A DNA stretch of 64,000 nucleotides from Paludibacteraceae bacterium. Lineage in GTDB: Bacteria > Bacteroidota > Bacteroidia > Bacteroidales > Paludibacteraceae. Positions 1-6,725 of this stretch are shown piece by piece (the stretch's first letter is position 1; every line of letters begins with the position of its first letter). The notes under the pieces are model-generated. The model had not been told where the DNA came from and searched no databases. It saw only the letters and a list, made by a program, of their open reading frames with translations. The DNA lies in the NCBI GenBank assembly GCA_045591505.1, contig JAZNSW010000029.1, positions 50,368-114,367 of the forward strand. Direction: 5' to 3'. The position numbers and the translations under genes were made by a program.

Positions 1-34
1 ATACAGCAACAAATAATGTTATTAACTTTTTCAT
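1..34 (-). CDS. 5' end of a CDS leaving the window (MKKLITLFVAV..., signal-peptide-like)
   Basis: Minus-strand ATG at 34-32 followed by hydrophobic codons to the window edge. Too short to judge. Confidence 0.25.
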   Translation of the reverse strand, partial: MKKLITLFVAV

Positions 35-112
35 TTGTTTCGTAGCAGTTATATCCCATCGCCCCATCGGTTTTAAATTAATTATTAAAAACAACCTCTT
101 CTGAATAAGAGA

Positions 113-514
113 TTAGAATGTACATATAATCTTTTGAGGCCATCCCCCCGCACTTATCCGACTGAACGTCCGTGGTTTCACAACAATATCTTCCTCATAT
201 ATATCATGTGGATAATAATACGTCAAATGTACAACTATTTCATTATCTGTTATATTGAAAATTTTCCCACGTTCAAGACTTTCAAGGCAACTAAATATTA
301 TACAACTTTTTAGTTGGAAATTTTGGGGATTTACAATTCTATCTTCACAACCAAAATCTTTTATTAAGGCGTCAAACATTGTTGCTGAAACCTTTGTAAC
401 CCCGACCATAGGAACATTAACATCGTATGTTTGAAATGGAATCAATGTTACTGATTTCGGGAACGCTGTCATAGATAAGCAGATGACACACATTACGAAA
501 AAAAAGCGTTTCAT
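113..514 (-). CDS. hypothetical secreted protein (133 aa)
   Basis: ORF track. N-terminal signal-like MKRFFFVMCVICLSMTAF. AT-rich. No recognisable motif. Confidence 0.6.
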   Translation of the reverse strand: MKRFFFVMCVICLSMTAFPKSVTLIPFQTYDVNVPMVGVTKVSATMFDALIKDFGCEDRIVNPQNFQLKSCIIFSCLESLERGKIFNITDNEIVVHLTYYYPHDIYEEDIVVKPRTFSRISAGGWPQKIICTF

Positions 515-724
515 TAGCCTAAAATTATTATTTATTTACTACTTCTATGGTTTTGTAGCGTTTGCTCTGCCTTATAAACTCAATAACCATTGGAATAGAA
601 TAGGGATATCATCCTGCATTTTGAACGATAAACCTAAATTCACACATGTTTTTGAATATAAAGCGTCAACAAACGCTACATTTTATCAACCGATTATAAG
701 TCCTTGGAATAAGAGTTTAAATTC

Positions 725-961
725 TTAATAATCCAGAACAACTCCTTTATTATCACATTTATCACATCCAGCTCCAAGACAAGATGGACATCTTTTGGCT
801 GTTGGAGGAAAATCAGTCTTTGGAATATCAGAAAGAGATTGACGGCTAGAAGAACTACTGGAACTTCCGTAGGAACTACTTGATTGAGTGGAAGCACTTC
901 CTAATGCTGCAAATGTAAATAACACTAATGCAACAAGTGAAAAAAATGTTTTCTTTGACAT
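725..961 (-). CDS. small secreted Ser-rich protein with C-terminal CxxCxGxG-CxxC motif (78 aa)
   Basis: Signal peptide MSKKTFFSLVALVLFTFAALG, then a poly-Ser linker, then CPSCLGAGCDKCDNKG, which resembles a DnaJ-type zinc-finger repeat. Confidence 0.55.
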   Translation of the reverse strand: MSKKTFFSLVALVLFTFAALGSASTQSSSSYGSSSSSSSRQSLSDIPKTDFPPTAKRCPSCLGAGCDKCDNKGVVLDY

Positions 962-1341
962 AATAATACAATAATTAAAGTTAATAAATAAGTAAATAAA
1001 TCCATTATATCGAATGTTCCTGCAACAATGCCTATTTTCTGCAGTAATTCATATATAAATGGTAAAAACACAGATAAAGAAAAGAGAAAAATAGCTATTT
1101 TCTGTCTCTCATATAATGCGGACTGAAAAATCAGTAAGGATGCATACCATAGAGAATCAGGTAAACAAAAAATGAAAAAATATGTACCGATAGAACAATT
1201 TGCATAATCAATATCTACTTTTATTTTTTCCAATAATTCTATTGGAAAACACATTAGAAAATAGACATTGGGGCGATAGATGATATAAATCATAGCACCT
1301 ATCAGCAACAATAAGAACGATATGCAAATTTGTTTAAACAT
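925..1341 (-). CDS. hypothetical multi-pass membrane protein (138 aa)
   Basis: ORF track. About four hydrophobic helices. The 3' end overlaps the next ORF start by 37 nt. Confidence 0.55.
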   Translation of the reverse strand: MFKQICISFLLLLIGAMIYIIYRPNVYFLMCFPIELLEKIKVDIDYANCSIGTYFFIFCLPDSLWYASLLIFQSALYERQKIAIFLFSLSVFLPFIYELLQKIGIVAGTFDIMDLFTYLLTLIIVLLCQRKHFFHLLH

Positions 1342-1348
1342 TTTCTGC

Positions 1349-1810
1349 TTAATCCCTATTTACATATGGAGAATAAACATATCCTTTTCCTGAGATATAA
1401 ATATGCAATTTAGGCATACCATCGCTCCGTTCAGAATAATTTAGGAATCCCCAGGCTTCGCCTCCATGATCCCACCTGATATAAATTTTATATGATTTAT
1501 AACCACATTCGTTTGCAACGAAATATGAGCCACTTACATCACGGATATAATCATATATACGACCATTTTGATATAAAGAAAAGGCAGCGTCACCATTGCT
1601 TCTAATAAAATCTACTCTTACATAGCTTTTGGTTCCTTCATATGTACCATATCCTTCTTCATAATTATGTGATTTACGAATGTTATAAGTGTTCTGGCTC
1701 TCAATATTAAGTGATTGATATGCGGAACCAGTCTTTATGTTATATATTCCTTGTGCACAGACTGAATTAAACATAAATCCAAAAACAACTACAAATAAGA
1801 ATTGCTTCAT
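1349..1810 (-). CDS. hypothetical secreted protein (153 aa)
   Basis: Signal peptide MKQFLFVVVFGFMFNSVCAQG. Y/G/S-rich, probably beta-rich. Confidence 0.6.
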   Translation of the reverse strand: MKQFLFVVVFGFMFNSVCAQGIYNIKTGSAYQSLNIESQNTYNIRKSHNYEEGYGTYEGTKSYVRVDFIRSNGDAAFSLYQNGRIYDYIRDVSGSYFVANECGYKSYKIYIRWDHGGEAWGFLNYSERSDGMPKLHIYISGKGYVYSPYVNRD

Positions 1811-1997
1811 ATATTTTTATAATTTTTATTTTCTCCCTACTCACTTTTTGGCTTTTCGGTTACTCCTTGCAGTTAAAAGATTAATTCTGTATGATCGCGA
1901 TACTGCTATTTGTGACATACAGTTGTCTTTGATAAATGTTTCATAGGCATTTTGTATTATATTGTTAACACTCTTAGTTAATTACATTTCAAGGATA

Positions 1998-2561
1998 TTA
2001 TAGTTCTTTAAACGAATGGATGGCAGTTTCTAATTTGTCAGCCAATTTTCGAATGCTGGTTCCACCAGACATAATTATAATTTGATATAATCTGTCTTTT
2101 CCTTCTATAAATGCGAAACTTCCATATGCAGCATCCTTAAAGAAAGTCCTTTTTTGAAAGACATTCAATGTTATGGCATTTAATCCATTAATGGTGGTTT
2201 GAGTATAATTACCTACTTCAACTTTATCTACCTCAAACATGTTGTTAATCGCAACCGTAGCTAAGTTATCTACAATAGAATTTCCTAATCCCAATATGGT
2301 AGGTTGTGATTCCTTAACAGCTGCAATAAATTCTGATTTTGGCTCATCAATCACTAAGAAAGCAATATCTAAAGTTTTATTTCCATATTGTAACGAAGCA
2401 TCTTCACTCAGGTTCTTCATTGGAGATAAAAATGCAGGTATGTTGATAGCGTATTGATTCTTGACAATGATATTGTTATAATTATTGTCGTTTTGTGCTT
2501 GATTCTGTTTAATCAATCTCTTGGCATCCATAATACTGCCAACAATGGTACTAATAATCAT
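1998..2561 (-). CDS. hypothetical protein (187 aa)
   Basis: Long ORF in the AT-rich island. No motif recognised. Confidence 0.55.
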   Translation of the reverse strand: MIISTIVGSIMDAKRLIKQNQAQNDNNYNNIIVKNQYAINIPAFLSPMKNLSEDASLQYGNKTLDIAFLVIDEPKSEFIAAVKESQPTILGLGNSIVDNLATVAINNMFEVDKVEVGNYTQTTINGLNAITLNVFQKRTFFKDAAYGSFAFIEGKDRLYQIIIMSGGTSIRKLADKLETAIHSFKEL

Positions 2562-2591
2562 AAATTCAATTAATAATGTTAAAACTTTTGT

Positions 2592-2750
2592 TTATTCTTG
2601 GCTTTTTTTGATGGCAATAATATCCGCTATCAACCAAATGACACCGATAATTAATGTTATCCACCAACTTGTTTCACCACCAGAAATAGCTAAACCGTAA
2701 ATGCCCATGCCAATCATAGCAATGCTAAGAATAGTACTGATAATTTTCAT
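2592..2750 (-). CDS. small two-helix membrane protein (52 aa), not in the ORF track
   Basis: Own translation of the minus strand gives MKIISTILSIAMIGMGIYGLAISGGETSWWITLIIGVIWLIADIIAIKKSQE*. Two hydrophobic helices. It ends 30 nt upstream of the 187-aa ORF. Confidence 0.45.
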   Translation of the reverse strand: MKIISTILSIAMIGMGIYGLAISGGETSWWITLIIGVIWLIADIIAIKKSQE

Positions 2751-2891
2751 AATATTCTTTTTTTTTAGTTAAACTTATAAATTATTGTCTTATTTGTCTT
2801 TTTTCACAGTGGAACGCGCTCCTACTAAGTATCATAATTCGTTTATTATTAAATTGGACTTTATTTTTCATTTTTAAAACAATAGGCATAC

Positions 2892-2926
2892 AAAAAAACG
2901 TGGATTCCGACTGTTGTCGTTCCACG
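2892..2926 (-). terminator. intrinsic terminator ending the candidate ncRNA
   Basis: On the minus strand, CGTGGA..(ACGAC/GTCG inner stem)..TCCACG is followed by T7. Confidence 0.65.
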
Positions 2927-3228
2927 TTATGAGGCTCTCGCATTGCCCTTCCAATAAAACGACAACGCGAAGCCCACGCCGAATATAAACATTCTCCGTG
3001 CTATTTGAGTTAAGGTACGCGTGTGCGCATACGTATATGCACAAAAGACGTACCAAAACAGGCACAAGAGGGACAATCTATATCCCGTAGGACATCTATC
3101 GTTGCTAAGTTCTTATCAGGATTGAAGGTTGCGACATTTCAATACGTCAGAACAGAGCGCTAATAAACGCCTTTTAAATATGTCTGCTACCCCGCCGATG
3201 ACGTGCAGACATCCCCGGCGTGGAATTG
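2892..3228 (-). ncRNA. candidate ~340-nt non-coding RNA of unknown class
   Basis: It lies between a consensus promoter (3235-3265) and the terminator (2892-2926). GC is higher than in the neighbouring sequence. Only implausible ORFs are present. Several stems are visible, e.g. AUGUCUGC...GCAGACAU. Confidence 0.45.
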
Positions 3229-3234
3229 CGACTG

Positions 3235-3265
3235 CAAAGATAATACATTTTTTTGAATTGAGCAA
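3235..3265 (-). promoter_or_regulatory. Bacteroidetes-type promoter (TTG-N20-TATCTTTG)
   Basis: Plus-strand caaagata at 3235-3242 is TATCTTTG on the minus strand. A -33 TTG sits at 3263-3265. Confidence 0.55.
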
Positions 3266-3317
3266 GGAAATTTGTTTTTTTGGCGATTTTTTTGCTTAAA
3301 AACAGATAAGTAAACTA

Positions 3318-3496
3318 TTTCAGGAAAAGAGTCAACCTTTTTAGGAATCGAGTCAAGTGTTTTAGTCAAATCTTAATAAAAAGCCTTTTTTCAGTTTCGG
3401 CGTTCCTTGGTTCTTCCTTGGTTCTTCTTTGGTTCATCCTTGGTCTTTGACACGAGATTGATAAGGAAGGTACAAGAGATGGCAATCTTAATAAAA
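3318..3496. repeat. composite interspersed repeat (M1 box, 11-nt word array and conserved tail); inverted partner at 28819-29120
   Basis: Aligned by eye with the reverse complement of 29073-29120 (M1) and of 28819-28903 and 28931-29008 (word array plus tail ending aatcttaataa). Confidence 0.7.
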
Positions 3497-3653
3497 CGCA
3501 TTTTTCCAGCTTCTCATAAATTAGGCGGTCGTGCCTACCCTATACGGCACTACCCTATAGCCATACCGCTGTGCGACAGCGGCGCGATACGAAATACTTT
3601 GTAGCCTATTTGCAATAAAATCGTACTTGAAAATAAATTTTCACACGTATCTC

Positions 3654-3684
3654 TTGCAAATGTGCATTTTTTGTTGTACCTTTG
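3654..3684 (+). promoter_or_regulatory. recN promoter (TTG...TACCTTTG)
   Basis: tacctttg at 3677-3684, 25 nt upstream of the recN ATG. Confidence 0.55.
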
Positions 3685-3708
3685 CAGGTGATTTCAATTT
3701 GGATAATT

Positions 3709-5304
3709 ATGCTCACTCATCTCCACATACGTAACTACGCACTTATCTCACAACTGGATATTGATTTCCATGAAGGATTCTCCGTCATGACTGGTGAGAC
3801 TGGTGCTGGTAAGAGTATTATTCTCGGCGCACTCAACCTCGTAATGGGCGCACGCGCCGACACAAAAACCATTACCGAAGGCGAAGAACGATGCGTGATA
3901 GAGGCGACGTTCGCTCCTAAAGGTAGGATATTGGACAGCATTCTGCCTATGGGACGCCCTGACGGGCTATTGGAGATAGGCAAGGAAATGATTATTCGTC
4001 GTGAACTCAACCAAAATGGGCGTTCACGGTCTTTTGTGAACGATGAAGTAGTGACACAAGCCGAACTGAAAGCCCTGGCACGCCAACTCATAGATATTCA
4101 CTCGCAACACGAGAGTCTGATGCTCGGCGATGACCTCTTCCAACTGCAAATAGTGGATAGTATTGCCAACAACCAAGCTCAGCAAGACACCTACTCTGCT
4201 GCCTACGAACGCTACACCCAAGCTCTACACGAACTACACCAATACCAACAACGCGCAGCCAAAGCACAAGCTGATGCCGACTATACAGCATTCCAATGGC
4301 AACAATTGGAAGACGCCCATCTGCAAGCCGATGAAATGGAAGAATTGGAAGCAGAAGAATACCGCCTTGCACATGCCGAAGAGATACAAACCGCACTCGC
4401 TACTGCCCTACAACAATTGGACAGCGACAATGGTGCCCTATCACTCATACATACCAGTCTATCGGCAATTGCCAATTGCCAATTGCCCATCGCAGACCGA
4501 CTCGATAGCATAGAGATTGACCTCAAAGATATTATTTCCGACATCCAACGCCTCTATGACCACACCGAGCGCGACCCAATGCGTCTGGAGCAAGTGCAAG
4601 AGCGACAGAGCATGCTGCAAACGCTGATGAAGAAACATCGTGTGCAGACTATTGCCGAGCTGATAGCTCTACACGAAGAGTTGGGACGGCAAATGCAGCA
4701 GTTGGCAAATTTTGATGAAGATATAGCCCGTTTGCAAGGCGAAGTAGATGCCGCCCATAGTGCCCTCAACGAGGCAGCCGAAGCACTAACCCAATCGCGC
4801 CTTGCGCCTTGTAGCCATATTGCATCTCGCCTCATAGAAGACATGCAACGCCTTGGTGTAAAACATGCGAACGTGGCAGTGCAAATCACACCTACAGAGG
4901 ATTTTACGCCTACTGGCAAAGATGATGTGCAGTTTATGTTTGCAGCCAACCTCAACCAGTCGCTGCGCCGCGTAGCAGAGGTAGCTTCAGGTGGCGAGAT
5001 TAGCCGACTGATGCTATGTATCAAGGCGCTGATTGCCTCCACCAACGGACTGCCGACTATCATTTTCGATGAGATAGACACAGGCGTCAGCGGTGCTATC
5101 GCCAGTCAGATGGGCGAGATCATGCGGCAGGTTGCCGCTTCGCGTCAAGTGATTAGTATCACACACCTGCCACAAGTGGCAACGAAAGGTGAACACCACT
5201 ACTTAGTATATAAGGAAGATACAGACGTCCGCACCGAAACACATATCCGCGAACTCACTACGCAAGAACATGAGGCGGAGATTGAGAAGATGAGGAGTGT
5301 GTGA
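3709..5304 (+). CDS. recN: DNA repair protein RecN
   Basis: MLTHLHIRNYALI...GETGAGKSII Walker A, a long coiled-coil middle, and C-terminal ASGGEISR..IFDEIDTGVSG. Start moved to ATG 3709, downstream of the promoter. Confidence 0.93.
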   Translation: MLTHLHIRNYALISQLDIDFHEGFSVMTGETGAGKSIILGALNLVMGARADTKTITEGEERCVIEATFAPKGRILDSILPMGRPDGLLEIGKEMIIRRELNQNGRSRSFVNDEVVTQAELKALARQLIDIHSQHESLMLGDDLFQLQIVDSIANNQAQQDTYSAAYERYTQALHELHQYQQRAAKAQADADYTAFQWQQLEDAHLQADEMEELEAEEYRLAHAEEIQTALATALQQLDSDNGALSLIHTSLSAIANCQLPIADRLDSIEIDLKDIISDIQRLYDHTERDPMRLEQVQERQSMLQTLMKKHRVQTIAELIALHEELGRQMQQLANFDEDIARLQGEVDAAHSALNEAAEALTQSRLAPCSHIASRLIEDMQRLGVKHANVAVQITPTEDFTPTGKDDVQFMFAANLNQSLRRVAEVASGGEISRLMLCIKALIASTNGLPTIIFDEIDTGVSGAIASQMGEIMRQVAASRQVISITHLPQVATKGEHHYLVYKEDTDVRTETHIRELTTQEHEAEIEKMRSV

Positions 5305-5387
5305 GGCAATGGGGCGATGAGGCGATGAGGCGAAGAGGCGAGGATTTACACTATAATTGTAAAATGTTAATTGTAAACTAAAAACAG

Positions 5388-6695
5388 ATGCTACCATTAG
5401 CAGAACGATTGCGTCCGAAGACGCTCAACGAATACATAGGTCAGAAGCATCTCGTAGGAGAAGGAGCTATTCTGCGTCAGATGATAGAAAACGGCAATCT
5501 ATCATCATTCATACTATGGGGACCTCCAGGCGTGGGCAAAACTACGCTTGCACGGATTATTGCCCATCAGTTAGAACGTCCGTTCTACACTCTATCCGCT
5601 GTCACCAGTGGTGTGAAAGAGGTGCGCGAAGTTATCGATAAAGCTAAACGCTATGCAGCGATGAATAGTGGGTTGTTTGGCGATGGGCAATTGGCGATGG
5701 GCGATAGGCAATTGGCTATGGGCGATAGGCGAGCGATATTATTTATTGACGAGATTCACCGTTTCTCCAAATCGCAACAAGATAGTTTGTTAGGTGCCGT
5801 GGAAGATGGGACCATCACACTGATTGGTGCCACCACAGAAAACCCCTCGTTTGAGGTTATCACCCCTCTACTCAGCCGCTGCCAAGTGTATGTTCTCAAA
5901 TCACTAGAGAAAGACGACCTCTTGGAACTCCTCCACCGTGTACTAACCAACGATGAATACATCCGCGGTCTGGGTATCGAACTGCGCGAGACAGAAAGTA
6001 TCCTGCGCTACTCGGGTGGAGATGCACGCAAACTGCTCAATATTGTTGAGTTAGTTACTAACTCGGGTGTCAAAGTGATTGACAACGAGACCGTGACCAA
6101 ACAACTACAGCAGAATCCTGTAGCATACGATAAAGATGGCGAACTGCATTACGATATTATCTCTGCCTTCATTAAGTCTATCCGCGGTAGCGACCCCGAT
6201 GCAGCACTCTATTGGTTGGCACGCATGGTGGCAGCAGGCGAAGACCCAAAGTTTATCGCCCGCCGATTGGTCATCTCTGCTAGCGAGGACATTGGATTAG
6301 CAAACCCCAACGCTATGTTGGTGGCGAACGCTTGCTTCGACACATTGCAGAAGATTGGTTGGCCAGAAGGACGTATTCCGCTGGCATTGGCAACCGTGTA
6401 TCTTGCCACGTCGCAGAAATCCAATTCTGCCTATCTGGCTATCAATCAGGCACTGGAAACAGTAGAAAAGACTGGCAATTTGCCAGTACCATTGCATCTA
6501 CGCAATGCGCCCACCAAACTGATGGACGAGTTAGGGTATGGTGATGGGTATCAATATGCGCATGACTTTCCAAATCACTTTGTTAAGCAACAGTTTATGC
6601 CCGATGCATTGCAGGGTACGCAGTTTTGGCACGCACAAGGTAGCCCTCAAGAACAAAAAATGGCAGAGTGGATGAAATACCTTTGGGAAAAGTGA
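5388..6695 (+). CDS. rarA: replication-associated recombination protein A (RarA/MgsA), AAA+
   Basis: LRPKTLNEYIGQ, GPPGVGKTT, ILFIDEIHRFSKSQQD, GATTENPSF. Carries a repeat-encoded loop. Confidence 0.93.
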   Translation: MLPLAERLRPKTLNEYIGQKHLVGEGAILRQMIENGNLSSFILWGPPGVGKTTLARIIAHQLERPFYTLSAVTSGVKEVREVIDKAKRYAAMNSGLFGDGQLAMGDRQLAMGDRRAILFIDEIHRFSKSQQDSLLGAVEDGTITLIGATTENPSFEVITPLLSRCQVYVLKSLEKDDLLELLHRVLTNDEYIRGLGIELRETESILRYSGGDARKLLNIVELVTNSGVKVIDNETVTKQLQQNPVAYDKDGELHYDIISAFIKSIRGSDPDAALYWLARMVAAGEDPKFIARRLVISASEDIGLANPNAMLVANACFDTLQKIGWPEGRIPLALATVYLATSQKSNSAYLAINQALETVEKTGNLPVPLHLRNAPTKLMDELGYGDGYQYAHDFPNHFVKQQFMPDALQGTQFWHAQGSPQEQKMAEWMKYLWEK

Positions 6696-6725
6696 AAGGG
6701 GAAATGTGAGAGGTAAAAACGATTG

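Noticed and set aside
2892-3228. Identification of the candidate ncRNA as tmRNA, RNase P RNA, SRP RNA, 6S RNA or a common riboswitch
   Set aside because: I could not find GGAAAGUCC/ACAGAA-type RNase P boxes, a tRNA-like acceptor/T-arm end or tag ORF, the SRP GGAA/AGCA loop context, or B12/TPP boxes. Without a covariance-model search the class stays open.
2874-3369. ORFs 2874-3065 (63 aa) and 3187-3369 (60 aa) on the minus strand
   Set aside because: The first runs through the terminator hairpin and has an odd Cys/Leu/Val-rich composition. The second starts upstream of the mapped promoter and crosses it. The region is better explained as non-coding RNA plus promoter.
3407-3604. ORF 3407-3604 (65 aa), and likewise ORF 28837-29076 (79 aa)
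   Set aside because: Both lie entirely within tandem-word repeat modules, have low-complexity translations, and have no promoter in the right place.
3735-5081. Long antisense or out-of-frame ORFs inside recN. Similar cases inside other genes are 6647-7264, 13425-14078, 14664-15371, 17523-17954, 19161-19739, 27499-28224 and 36089-36616.
   Set aside because: They overlap CDSs that carry strong family motifs, and they have Arg/Ser/Cys-rich shadow-frame composition.
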